From the human T2T-CHM13v2.0 reference genome, Homo sapiens: a stretch of DNA of 64,000 nucleotides. Positions 38,973 through 57,230 of the stretch are shown here, piece by piece. The position numbers were made by a program, and so were the translations under genes. Where the stretch lies: NCBI RefSeq assembly GCF_009914755.1, contig NC_060925.1; one strand, given 5' to 3'. The notes under the pieces are model-generated. The model saw only the letters and a program-made list of their open reading frames with translations. It was not told where the DNA came from and searched no databases. Numbering within the stretch: position 1 is the first letter of the stretch; the number at the start of each line of letters is the position of its first letter.

Positions 38973-41378
38973 ATGGCATTCAGGTTGCTGCATGGTACGC
39001 TGAGTTTCAGGTTATTCAGATCCCTAAAAGCGAGAGAGAAATGGACAGCTTTGCCATATCATTGTTTTCCAGGTATTCTGGCTTTGTACAGATAAAACCC
39101 AGGAACTCATATTATTAAACATTTCTAAAGATTGAACGAATATCAATGGGCTAGAACATGAAGTTAAAAAAAAAACCTATATGAGAAAAGATTGTAGATG
39201 AATATCAGCAAGTCTTAAGGCAATAATGCTGCTTCCTTTAGACATTAACATAGAACGAGGAGTTAACCATGGAATAGGTACAAATTATAAAGCCATATTT
39301 ATATATCCTGTGGAAGAGTCACCATTTTATAAGTAGTTTCAGTTCTGTAAGACATTGTGATGTATTCTACAATTAAATGTCTTTGAATACTAGTGAATAT
39401 TTCTGTTTTGTTAAGCTACTCTCTTATATCATTCAAACATTTATTTTCACATGTCAGGTTTATATGTTTTTATTTGAAGGCAATTCTTATGTTTTGAGGC
39501 CTATGCATTATTTCTAAAATGGGTCAAGAATGACAACAATTACAATTAACTTGAAATAGCTTCTACTTTTGATGTTGAATAGCTGCTGACATGTGATTTC
39601 ATAGATAGGCTTTATTTTAAATATGGGAATGTATGGCTTTGTAGTAGATGATAATGGAATCTTACATTTTATAAGCAACTTCTTTTACCGTTTATAGTGG
39701 AATAGTAAGTAGGCAAAGACTTGTAATTACATTTCTTCAGCAGATCCGATATTTAGCACATTTGAACATTTATAACTTGCTCCTTTAATTATTCTGTAAT
39801 ATTTTACAGATATAACTTAAGTTTTTAACTACATAAAAACATAATTATTTTAATAACAATAATGTATGAATTGATATTTTTCTTAGCTGTATAGTAGAAT
39901 AAAAAAGAGATGGTTTAAAACCTTTAAAGGAAACTTATAATTAGATTTAATATTCTTTTACTTGTGCACAAGTAATTACATTCATTAAAGTTTTAATTTC
40001 AAGCAGTATTGCCTAGATAAGATTAAGTAAACATCTTCTTTTAATATCTGTTTGTATACTAAACATTATTTGCCTTTTACCCTTCATGCAATCTGCATTC
40101 AATTATAATTACTTTTTTACATTTAATGCTCACCCATATTGTAATAATGCTGCATGTACTACAAAATCATACGTAGAGTTGCTAGAAGATGTAAAATTTT
40201 TGTTTACATATAAAATAGGCTATACATTCATTTAAATTAATGGACTTTCAATTCGACAAGGACTGTGTCTTTCATAAAACATTTCAATTAACGTCCCTTG
40301 TGATAAAAAAGCTTCAGCTACCTTGAGGTAGCTGAACTAGATAAAAGTTTACATATAATTCACCAAATTCAATCAACATTTTTTGCTAATAAAAGATAAT
40401 TCTTGATGTATAATTCCTTATATTCTACTTTAAAATTCCTAAAGTGGTTTCTTGTCCATGGAGTTGAGGCTTAGTGAAGAGCCCAAGCAAACATGATTCA
40501 TGTTTATAAATGACATTGGCTCAATTTTTTAACATTTTAAATGTTCAACATTTATAAAGAAAGGAATTACATATTTTAAATCTTCTTCTGGAATCTTTAT
40601 GTTGTCTCTGACGCTGACATCATTATTATATAGTCAGGCAGTCTTCAATCTCACATATATGTGAAGACAGAAGAACAATAAAACGTGATAAAAAGATATG
40701 ATAAAAAGAGATTCAGAGAGGGGAAGGACCTCCAATAATATTAATAATGAATATTGGGTATCTCATGTAGTGATAATATAGGGGAAACACAATTAGAAAA
40801 ACTAAAAGAGGAGACTAGAGGTTAAGTTCCCTGAAGCTGCTCAAGCAAATCAGTTCATACTAATTGAATTTTTTCATCCAATACTGATTTTACTTCTATT
40901 ATCAAGTTGTAACTTCAGATCATCTTTAAAGCAGATATCTTCATTTTGCTACTTTTTAAAATGTGATAATTACAGTAATCATTGCAACAGTCTTAATCAT
41001 GTGGCAGTCTAAATAAAATGTTAGAGTAATTTATCATATTTACCACATTTCTCTAGTTATCATATTACCATTATTTTGCTTTTATACTGTTAAATCTACA
41101 GAGTATGAGTAGTTTAAGTCAACTGACCTAAGAATTTAATCTTCTCTAATACAAGCAATTGTAGCTTTCAGTTGAGTAGTGTGTTTTTGTTGTCACTTTC
41201 ACAGGATTTTGAATACAAAAATGGAAAAAGTCATTTGTAATATATCTGTAGTTGGGCCATTTTTAAATGAAAAAGATAAATATATTAGTCACAGATAATG
41301 TGATTATAACCCAGAAATTAATATAAATTTTCTTCCAGGTAGGAGGCAGTGATTATTTGTAAATAAAAGAGATGAGGA

Positions 41379-41749
41379 AATATGGTTTATCTCTGTGTCC
41401 CCACTCAAATATCATGTTGAATTGTAACCCTCAGGTGTTGAGGGAGGAACTTGGTGGAAAGTGATTGGATCATGTGGATGGTTCCCCTCTGCTGTTCTTG
41501 TGATAGTGAGTAAGTTCTCACTAGAGCTTATCGATTTATAAGTGTTTGGCAGTTCCTGCTTCACTCTTTTTCTCTCTCCTGCCACCTTGCGAAGAAGGTG
41601 CTGACTTCCCCTTTACCTTCTGCCATTATTATAAGTTTCCTGAGGCCTCCTCAGCTATGCAGAACTGTGAGTCAGTGAAACCTCTCTTATTTATAAATTA
41701 CCCAGTCTCAGGTAGAATCTTTATAGCAGTGTGAAAACGGACTAATACA
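41379..41749 (+). mobile_element. Solo MaLR LTR (THE1D/MSTA-like)
   Basis: atatggttt..tgtgtccccactcaaat...aaaacggactaataca. Confidence 0.9.
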
Positions 41750-42654
41750 GGCAGAAAAAAAAAATTAGTCAGAACCTTAGAGAAGAGTTTGCTACGCATA
41801 TAAAATACTTTATTATTTCCCTTTTTTTCTATTTAGTCTATAATGTTTGAACAGATAAATTCAAAATATTCAATGACCCAAACTTATAGCCACATGTATA
41901 TTTTAGATATTGCAGAAAATCTTATAGATTTTAAAGAGCTGGATCTGATGGCCACAATTTGGTAATGCAGAGGAAGTTACAGAATACTACTACTGCCTGA
42001 GACATCATGTGACAGAACCTAGTGGGGAAAAATAAGTAAACAAAAATTGTCTTGCTACTTAAGCTCTTATGAAGGAGGGGAAGAACTTACAGAAGCCTGG
42101 GGTTTGAGTAGCAAAGAAAACTGACACCATCAAAATTCATTTGGCTACTGATATGGTTTGGCTGTTTCCCCACTCAAATCTTATCTTGGATTGTACTCCC
42201 ATAATTCCCACATGTTGTGGGAGGGACCTGGTGGGAGATAATTTGAATCATGGGAGTGGTTTCCCCCATACTGTTCTCATGGTAGTGAATAAGTCTCATG
42301 AGATCTGATGGTTTTATCAGGGGTTTCCATTTTGCATCTTCCTCATTTTCTCTTGCTGCTGCCATATAAGAAGTGCCTTTCACCTCCCAGCATAATTCTG
42401 AGTCCTTCCCAGCCATGTGGAACTGTAAGTCTAGTTAAACCTCTTTTTCTTCCCAGCCTTGGTTATATCTTTATCAGCAGTGTGAAAATGGACTAACACA
42501 GTAAATTGGTACCAGTAGAGTGGGGCATTGCTGAAAAGATACCCAAAAATGTGAAAGCAACTTTGGGTAACAGGCAGAGGTTGGAATAGTTTGGAGGGCT
42601 CAGAAGAAGGCAGGAAAATGGGGGAAAGTTTGGAACTTCCTAGAGACTTGTTGA

Positions 42655-43449
42655 ATGGCTTTGACCATAAGCCTGATAGCAATACGGACAATAAAGTCCA
42701 GGCTGAGGTGGTCTCAGATGGAGATGAAAACTTGTTGGGAACTGGAACAAAGGCAACTCTTGTTATGTTTTAGCAAAGAGACTGGTAGCATTTTGCCCCA
42801 GCCTAGAGATTTGTGGAACTTTGAACTTGAGAGAGATGATTTAGAGTATCTAGTGGAAGAAATTTCTAGGCAGCAAAGCATTCAAGAGATGAGTTGGGTG
42901 CTTTTGAAGGCATTCAGTTTTATAGGTGAAGCAGAGCATAAAAGTTCAGAAAATTTGCAGCCAGACAATGTGATAGAAAAGAAAAACACATTTTCTGAGG
43001 AAAAATTCAAGCCAGCTGAAGAAATTTGCATAAGTAATGAGGAGCCAAATGTTAATTCCCAAGACAATGGGGAAAATGTTTCCAGGGCATGTCAGAGGTC
43101 TCCACAGCAGCCCCTCCCATCACAGGCCTGGAGGCCTAGGAGGAAATGGTTTCAGGGGCTAGATCCAGGGTCCCCGTGTTGTGTGCGGCCTAGGGACTTG
43201 GTCCCCTGTGTCCCACCTGCTCCAGCCATGGCTGAAAGTGGCCAATGTAGAGCTCGGGTCATGGCTTCAGAGGGTGCAAGCCTCAAGCCTTGGTGGCTTC
43301 CACATGATGTTGAGCCTGCCAGTGCACAGAAGTCAAGAGCTGGGATTTGGGAACCTCCACCTAGATTTCAGAAGATGTATGGAAATGCCTGGATGCCCAG
43401 GCAGAAATTTGCTGCAGGGGTGGGCTGCTCATGGAGAACTTCTGCTTAG
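42655..43449 (+). pseudogene. Remnant of the THE1/MaLR internal ORF (264 open codons)
   Basis: PRDLWNFELERDDLEYLVEEISRQQSIQ..WVLLKAFSF is the characteristic MaLR-int peptide; frame is broken up- and downstream. Confidence 0.75.
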
Positions 43450-44342
43450 GGCATTGTGGAAGGGAAGTGTGAGGTTGGAGGCCCCACACAGAGTCCCTAC
43501 TGAGGCACTGCCTAGTGGAGCTGTGAGAAGAGGGCCACTGTCCTCCAGATCCCAGAATGTTAGATCCACTGACAGCTTGCACTGTTTCCCTGGAAAAGCC
43601 ACAGACACTCAATGCCAGCCTGTGAAAGCAGCTGAGAGAAAGGCTGTGCCTTTCAAAGCCACAGGGGCAGAGCTGCCCAAGACCATGGGAAACAACCTCC
43701 TGCATCAGTGTGACCTGGATGTGAGACCTGGAGTCAAAGGAAATCATTTTGGAGCTTTAAAATTTGACTGCCCCACTGGAATTTGGACTTTCATGGGCCC
43801 CTTTAACCCCTTTGTTTTGGCCAATTTCTCCCATTTTGAATAGCTATATTTACCAAATACCCGTACCCCCATTTTACCTAGGAAGTAACTAGCTTGTGTT
43901 TGATTTTATAGGCTCATGGAGGGAAGGGACTTGAGACTTTGGACTGTGGACTTTTGGGTTAATGCTGAAATGTGTTAGACTTTGGGGGACTGTTGGGAAG
44001 GCATGATTGGTTTTGAAATGTGAGGACATGAAATGTGGAGTGGCCAGGGCAGGAGTGATATGGTTTTGCTGTGTCCCCACCCAAATCTCATCTTGACTTG
44101 TACTCCCATAATTCCCACGTGTTGTGGGAGGAACCCAGTGGGAGATAATTTGAATCATGGGGGCAGTTTCCTCCATATTGTTCTCATGGTAGTGAATAAG
44201 TCTCATGAGATCTGATGGTTTTATCAGGGGTTTCTGCCTTTGCATCTTCCTCATTTTCTCTTGCCACCCCCTTGTAAGAAGTGCCTTTTACCTCCCAGCA
44301 TAATTCTGAGGCCTCCCCAGCCATGTGGAACTGTAAGTCCAA

Positions 44343-44598
44343 TTATTTATTTATTTATTTATTTTGAGATAGAGTCTCACTGTGTCACCCAGGCTGGAAT
44401 GCAGTCTGGGTTCAAGTGGGTTCAAGTAGCTGGGACTACAAGCATGTGCCACCATGCCTGGTTAAGTTTTGTACCTTTAGTAGAGACGGGGTTTCACCTC
44501 TTTGGCCAGGCTGGTCTTGAACTCCTGATCTCAAGTGATCCGCCTTCCTCAGCCTCCCAAAATGCTGGGATTACAGATGTGGGCTGCCATGCCTGGCC
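44343..44598 (-). mobile_element. AluS with internal deletions, inside the THE1 3'LTR
   Basis: (ATTT)n tail; TSD tgtaa(g/a)tcca(a/g)tt; part of the right arm is missing. Confidence 0.9.
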
Positions 44599-45289
44599 TG
44601 TAAATCCAGTTAAACCTCTTTTTCTCCCCAGTCTTGGGTATGTGTTTATCAGCAGCGTGAAAATGGACTAATACACCTACTTAATATTTATTTTATTCTT
44701 TTATAATTAAATTATTTCCAGGGTGCCCTAAATATCATATTTTAACTAGGCAAGGGAAGAAGTTAAAATGCTCACTAACACAATTCTAGATAGTCAGTGT
44801 TAGAAGATATAAATATAGCTGGCACAGGTTTAAAACTTTGATTAGAATGTGGTGAAGAAGAGAATACTGTTTTAAAATAATGGGCTCTATTATGAAAAAA
44901 AGGATGAGTTAAATGCAACTAAAAGATGGCAGAGATGAATTTCATATTAAATACATAGTGTTCAGAGTGATAGAGCTTCGAGGTAAGTATATGTAGTAGG
45001 TTGTTGGAAAATGGAGCTCAGAAGAGCCATCAGTGTTATATCTGCTCATTGATCTCTAATGATTCTCTTTATCTATATAAGCATATACACATCTTCACAT
45101 ACGCAACCAACATAAGTGGCATATCTACAGGAAAATGTGGGAATATATGTACATGCACGTATAAATGTGGATATGTGTATGTTTCTTTGCAGCAATATGT
45201 CATATGAACAAGATAAAGGTGAAGCTGAAAAATTTGTGGTGATCCCTGAAGAAGAGATGTAGACTAAGACATGAATAAAACAGACTTGT

Positions 45290-45600
45290 AGCACATTCAT
45301 ATTTAAGGAGGGTAAGGGACAAATGAAGTAAGAGTGGAGGTGACTGATGATATACGAGGAAAGGTAATATATTGTAGTGGCCTCGTCCCATGGAAACCCA
45401 ACGAAGAGAAATTTTCAAAAAAGCTAAATGTGCCAAATGCTGCATAGAGGCCAGGATGAATGAGGGAAGAAAAGCTTTTAGTTTTAGTAAGTGGGAGATC
45501 AATGGAGCCTTCATAGCAGCTGTTAGAATAGATTATTGAGAGTTGAATTACAGAGCATTAAGAAACAGGGACTATGAGAAATGTGGGTAGCCGGTATGAA
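45290..45600 (-). mobile_element. L2 fragment
   Basis: gtcccatggaaacc..tgtgccaaatgctgcatagaggccagga..tttagtaagtgggagatcaatgg. Confidence 0.6.
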
Positions 45601-46150
45601 TTACTAAATGTAAAAGTTTGCCAGTGAATGAAGAGACTGAATCAAGATGTCTTTAATTTTTTTCTCAATTTCTTATACTTAAAATATTTTGAGATTTATG
45701 TTTCAGAGAAAATACAGACCTAGAGTAGCCACCAATCTGAGAACGTCAAATAAATTGTAGAAAGTCATACAGAGAATTCTGGAGCTATATTCTAGCTTGA
45801 CCTTGTCATGTAGTTATTTGTTAATGTGGGTGTAGAAAGTTCACAACCATCTCAAGGCTTGGAGTTCTCAAGCGTTAAATACGTCCCATTTTTACTGAGG
45901 AATTTTTATAGAAATGAATTCCATACATAAAGTTGAGCTTTAACATGAACTTCATTGATAACAAAGAAATATATTCTTCAGGTAGATTCTACAATTTTAG
46001 GAATTTGTGGTGAAAATAAGGAAATGAGGATATGAATAAAGGGGATATTCTTAAATTAGGGAGGGCACGACTGCATTATAGGCAATAAGAAAGATCCCTC
46101 AATGTGGAAACGATTATAGCTTTAAGACCTAGATTGAATTTTGGTTGATT

Positions 46151-46467
<317 letters not shown>

Positions 46468-48249
46468 TTAGTTGATTAATGCCATTGAGAAAGCAAGAAG
46501 GATGGGATTTATAGTATATGTTAAGAATTAGGACAACTTTCATTATATTAATTTATGTTATTTGTTTTGGAAAAATTGTATCTGGAAAATATAGCTGGTG
46601 ACTAGACAACATCAGTGACTCAGACGTGGGATTGAGACAGGCATTCAGGGTGCTTAATCTTGGATTTCCAGTGTTACATGAATACAACGTTAAACTGTTG
46701 ATTCAAAATTTTATCCAGGTCATGGCAGCCCTTTTGTTTTAATTCAACCCTAATGATTTAAACTGGCTGATCTATACAGTGACTGTTGTATAGATAGTAT
46801 AGTTAATACTCTACTGTTTAGATAGTATTAAGACATGGTTAGAGTTGGATGGAATTACTAAAGAGAAAAATGAAATCAGGGATAATCTTTCCTTAGAAAC
46901 AAGGATAAACGTGAATTATCTATTTGTTAAAAATTTTCAAAAGTGTATTTACTGAAAAGATACACTTATCAAAAGCTTCTAATAATTACTCACTTTCATA
47001 TTAACAAAAGAGAGGCATAACTGATAATGATTTAGAGTGCAGACAATGTAGAAACTCCCTTTAATCATAAGCTTATGAATCACCTCCTACTCATCCAGCA
47101 CAAAAAGTGCTAATAAGCAATAACGTGGATAGACTTAAATTTCAGTTGTGTCTGCCTTTTGGAGATATGAATCATAAAAGAGAAAGAAAACACTGAGGAA
47201 AAATTAAAGAAGTAATGTGGTGGCCAGTTATGAGTGTTCTCTTGGCTAATTATGACTTCATTGCTTTTTTAAAAAGAAATTATTATTTAATCATTCATTC
47301 AAACTCAGTCAATATTTGTTGGTTAATCACATATCCATTTCTAAATCTCTATATATGCCAATATGTCTAATATTTACTAAACCTATATCCACTAATGTTT
47401 ACTGTTTATTTTATAGCATGAGTTTCTTTTTTTTCTCAACTGATTCTACTTTTCCCCTTATAAAGTTTTCCTCAGCTAAGGTTAAGCAGAGGTATTGCAA
47501 CTGAGAGAAATACTTGACTTTTATAGTTATAGCAAACTGGCAAAGACCAATCCAGAGCATTGACTTTTACTTGGATGGGACCTATTTTACACGACCATAA
47601 ACTGAAAACCAATTTTGTTAAGGATTTACATTGGATTTTGTTATCTCTTCGTGTAGTTTCTAATAGAGGTACATACTAATAAATTTACCTTTTCTTTTTA
47701 TTCTGCTTATAATGTAGTTGTTCAAAATTTGCAAAGCCTATTAGTACTCATTTTAAAATTACAAGTATTACTGGAACCAGAAGAATAATGGGTTTTATCT
47801 TGGTTATCATATTTTCAACTAGTCACAAAAAAATCAGTTTTATTGACAATTGTCTTAACCGCATTATGTATCATTCACTTTTACATGCTTAAAATTTTTT
47901 AAATGTTACTCCTGCATATTGAGTACGAATATTTGAAATGAAGTCCTACTGCTCTTAGTATTAAATTTTGATAAAGAATGTATCAGGTATAGAAATAGGT
48001 TTTATGACACATCAATTAAAAGGAAATCTATTTTGAACTATATCCCCTTATCTGCATTATTAACAAAATTATTTGCAAGAGAATTAATGAATTCCCTAGG
48101 GGCAAAACTATGAATCGTAAAATGAACCACACTTCTTAAAATTTCTCACACTTACAACGTTGCCAAAATCATGGGATAGGTAGCTATTCATTGTAGTTTG
48201 TTAAATTCTAACTAAATTTCATTAGTCTCCTTGATGTTTCCATTTTCTT

Positions 48250-52691
<4,442 letters not shown>

Positions 52692-53377
52692 GATGTTTCC
52701 ATTTTCTTACATCTCATTTAAATCTCTACCAACTGCATTCTGACTTCCAGCACAGTCATTCCCCTGAAATACCTCACTGAAGTTCCAATGGTTTCCTTAT
52801 TGCTAAATCCAATAGAAAACGTTTCATTCCTCTATTTTTTGATGTTAATTTATATTTAACTTTTTTTCCATATGTCTTAAATTTTCTGCCCTTCTTTTAG
52901 CTGGCAGTGTCTCCTGAGCTAACACCCTCAGGGGAGAGTATGTGGCATGACTGAAAAGAGAAATATAGCCTTTACCTCCAAAATCTTGTCTTACACATAT
53001 TTGAGAGACATAAGGAAATGGATCCATAGGAGAGACACTATTCTTTGGAGAGGTTGATGGGAAATATTTTGCTTCACCTTTGCAGGTGGAGAAGGAGAGA
53101 TAGGTCTGTGTGTTCCAACAGCCCCCAGAAAAGAGGGAACCTGTATCCATGTTTTCAGCAACACCATGGGGGATCTGGTACACTTTGAATAGGAAAGATT
53201 GTTTGGCATGTCTTGCAGATTTATCCATTTGTGTTGTTGCAAAATAATCTTATTGCCCAAGTGTGGCCCCAAGGTAGCAAAAATCCACCATACCTGCATA
53301 GAATATGTGAAAAGGTAAGGCACTGTATGAACACAAGACTCATTAAAGGTGCCATGACCACTGCGCTTTACTATTGA

Positions 53378-53706
<329 letters not shown>

Positions 53707-53707
53707 A

Positions 53708-54047
53708 GAAGCCCTAATCTTTAATGTTATAATAATTGGAGATGGGGCCTTTAGGGTTAGATGCAATAATGAGAATGGATCCTCAAGAAGGGATTAGTGT
53801 CTTCATAATAAGAGACATCTGGGAGCCCTCTGCAATCTCTTCTCTACCACTGGACTTCATAAAGAAAAGGCCCCATGAGCACACAGCAAGATGGCAGCTG
53901 CCTACATCCTCAGAGAAGAATGAGACCTACGTTACCAATGCCTTGATCTTAGACTTCTTTTCCTTCAGAACAGTGAGAAATATATATTTGTAGTTTAAGC
54001 CACTCAGTCTGTGGTATTTTATTATGATAGCTGGGTAGACGAATGCA
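53708..54047 (+). mobile_element. MLT1A/MSTD-like MaLR LTR
   Basis: ggagatggggcctt..ggattagtgtc..ccttgatcttagacttc..tttaagccactcagtctgtggtatttt. Confidence 0.75.
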
Positions 54048-54319
54048 TTAGGTGAATGGAGTACACTAATATTATGAACAAATTCTTCTGGGAAATGTAA
54101 TTAAAATGGAGATACAATATTTCTGTGATTTGGAGGATACTATTTCCATGTTGTTTAACATTTTCTTGTGGTATATCATTACATCTCCGTATTCAACTGA
54201 GTCTTTGCATTAGGACCCATGCACTCAAGCTGAAGACTGAACATATTCTAACAGGTAATCTTAGTTTTCACTTGAATCTTTTTAAAAACATTGTTGATAT
54301 TTAGGCTTAGGAAAATAAC

Positions 54320-55282
54320 ACAATCATGTACCACATAATGGTATTACAGCCAGTGATAGACCATAAGTACAATGGTGGACATCTAGTAAGCTAAGGTTAA
54401 TTTATTATCGAAGAAAGAAAAATATTTTTACAAATTTAGTTTATCCTAAGTATAGAGTGTTCATAAAGTCTGCAGTAGTGTACAGCAATGTCCTAGGCCT
54501 TCACATTCACTCACCACACACTCCCTTACACAGAGCAACTTCGTGTCCTGCAAGCTCCATTTATGGTAATTACCCTATACAGGTGTAGCTTAAAATATTT
54601 TATACCATGTTTTTCCATAGCTCTTCTATGTTTAGATACGTTTATATATACAAATATATGAGTTACAATTGCTTATAATATTCAGTACAATGACATGCTG
54701 TACAGGTTTATAGCCTAGAAACAATAGGCTACACCATATAGCCTAGATGTAGTAGGCTAAATGATAAAGTTTGGTTGTTTGTCCCCTCCAAATCTCATGT
54801 TGAAATGTAATCGCTAATGTTCGAGGTGGGGCCTGGTGGGGGGTGTTTGGGACATGGGGGCAGATCCCTTATGAATGGCTTGGTGCTGTCTTCATGCTAG
54901 TGAGTGAGTTCTCATGAGATTGTGTTGTTTAAAAGTGTGTGGAATCTTCCACCTCCCTCTCTTGCTCCCACTCTTGCCTTGTGACATACCAGCTCTCTGT
55001 TGCTCGCCATCATGATTGTAAGCTCCTTGAGGCCTGCACGAGAAGTAGATGCTGAGACCACACTTCCTGTACAGTCTGCAGAAACGTGGGCCACTTAAAC
55101 CTCTTTTCTTTGTAAATTACCCCGGCTCAGGTATTTCTTTATAGTGTTGCAAGAAGAGCCTAAGTCACTAAACCACCTAGGTTTGTGAAAGTACACTCTA
55201 TGATGTTCACACAATGAACATTATAGAATTGCTTAATTACTCGTTTCTCAGAAAGTATTTCTGTTTTTAAGCAGAAATTACT
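54320..55282 (+). mobile_element. Tigger3 (Golem/MER7)-like DNA transposon, split by an MST LTR
   Basis: caatcatgtaccacataatg start; tcctaggccttcacattcactcacc; ctaggtttgtgaaagtacactctatgatgttcacacaa near the end. Confidence 0.82.
54762..55167 (+). mobile_element. Solo MSTB-like MaLR LTR
   Basis: tgataaagtttgg...cctaagtca; perfect 5-bp TSD CTAAA. Confidence 0.92.
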
Positions 55283-55414
55283 TTTGCTCATTTAGGAAAA
55301 TGTGGAAAATTAAAAAGAAATGAAAGTTTCCATAATTCCTCTACTAAAATGTGTGTATTTCAGTTGAGATTTTTAAAAATCACCCATTGTCATTAATATA
55401 AATATGACTAAAAT

Positions 55415-55650
55415 AATAACAAACATTTGATAAACATTTACTATGTTGCACACTTTTCTATGTGATCTACTCGTATAAATTCAGTGGTTGCGCACAACAA
55501 CCTATAGGGAGATTATATTACTATTCCTGATTTTACAAATGTATAATCTGAGACCCCTAAAGTTTAAATAACTTGCCCAAGATTATGCAGTATGGAATGG
55601 GAAAGTAATTGAATATAGGTAGCCTGGGTCTAGAACCTGCACTTTGATCT
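55415..55650 (-). mobile_element. MIR SINE
   Basis: acaacaacctata..attttacaaatg..ctgaga..aaataacttgcccaaga. Confidence 0.75.
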
Positions 55651-55949
55651 TCCCTATAGATGTGGCTTAGACATAGATATAGATGGAAAGTTTGTTGCAA
55701 AAGCTAATGTACAGTAGGTGCTTTTATTATATGTTTGTATTGTAAAGATCATACTTTAATAAACTTTCAGTTTATTCTACTAATTTGCATATGAATTTTT
55801 ATTAAAAATAATTAATAGAGCTGAGACCATACTATTCATCAAATATATGAACAATAATTTTAAATTAACGTTATGTCAAAATATTTTTTCTTAATATTAT
55901 AATAATCTGAAACAAGTCATTTTTACTCCTTTAAAACATCTCGTTCTCT

Positions 55950-56292
55950 TCTCCCAATAGTGCTCTTACCTCAGATTTGCAAATGGCAGCCCCCTTTCTA
56001 CTCTTCTGGTCCCCAATCTATTGTCAGCTTCACTGAGAGGCCTCCCAGCTTCAAGACACTCTCATTTTGTTTACCTCATTTTGTTTTCCTCCTGGCATTT
56101 ATCAGTGTTTGAATGTATTTGTCAAATTGATTAATGTATTTCTCCTTTCTCTAGAATCTAAGCTCTATGAGACATGATTTTATTTTATTTTATTTCATTT
56201 TATTTCATTTTATTTTGTATCCCTAGTGCCTAGAGCAGGGCTCATTAACACAGAAGGTACCCGATAAATATATTTTAAATGACTAAGTGAAT
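55950..56292 (+). mobile_element. L2 3' end
   Basis: ctagaatctaagctctatgag..tgtatccctagtgcctagagcagggct..ataaatatattttaaatgac. Confidence 0.7.
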
Positions 56293-56639
56293 CTTGTGCT
56301 CTTTGTCAAGCCAATTTAATGCCAGTAAAAGTGCTATTTCCTATCTCTCAGCTTTTTTTCAATGCTATTTTATCTTCACCAAATGTGTTTTAGCATGTCT
56401 TAAATTGGAAACTCTTACCTCTTCTTTAAAAATCTTGAGTGTTTCTATAGCGTCATGGTCACAACTTTATTAGAAGACATTATGCTATATACTAAAATTG
56501 TGAGTTCTTGTAGTTCCCCTGCTGGCTTCTGTGTTCATATGGAGTGTGTGGTGAATGGAATAAAGGCCCAGCTTTTAGGTCTTTAGGAAGATGCTTTAAT
56601 CCCTAGTGCCTAACACATTTATTATATTTGTATTTAAAG

Positions 56640-57230
56640 ATCAATGAGCCACACTGGGCTAAAAGGAGGATTGGACTAGGAACAGATGGTGAGAATTTTA
56701 ATTTTATACATAGTTTTTTGGAGATTCAGCTGATATGACATATTAATGAACAGGCTATAGGGTATAAGAAAAACGGAAGTATCTAGGGTGACTTCTAGCT
56801 TTCATTCTAGGTGTTCAATGACAGTGCCACTTGCTGAAAGGAGTAAATCTTGGGGGCTGGCAGGTTTGTGAATAGAAAAACATATAATTCTGTTTGGCGG
56901 GGTCAACTGTGAGACATCTATTTGACTTCTATGTGAAGACTTCGAGTAGTAAGCAGTTGTGTAGTATTGTATATGAGAGTTTTGCACTCAACAGAAAGGT
57001 TAAGGATAGAGATGTGAATTGAATGTCTTCAGATGACAAACATAGGGAACATTAAAATCCATGAGATAGCATGAGGTCATCTTGAGAGAGAAAAAATACA
57101 GAAAAGCTCTTTGGTGAGGTTCTAAGCTCTCAAGTATTTATGCATTTAAAGGTTAAGTGGAGAAGGTGGAAGAGTCATTACTTGAGACGAACATAATTGC
57201 CAGTGATGTTTGGGGAGAGGATGTGAAGAA
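56640..57230 (-). mobile_element. L2 fragment
   Basis: gggtgacttctagctttc..tgtgagacatcta..agtaagcagttg..tttaaaggttaagtggagaagg. Confidence 0.65.

Larger units (their letters stand above)
42149..44675 (+). mobile_element. Complete THE1A-type MaLR provirus (5'LTR 42149-42500, internal 42501-44055, 3'LTR 44056-44675 containing an Alu)
   Basis: Two similar LTRs; internal start gtaaattggtacc; purine tract before the 3'LTR; TSD gctac/cctac. Confidence 0.95.
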
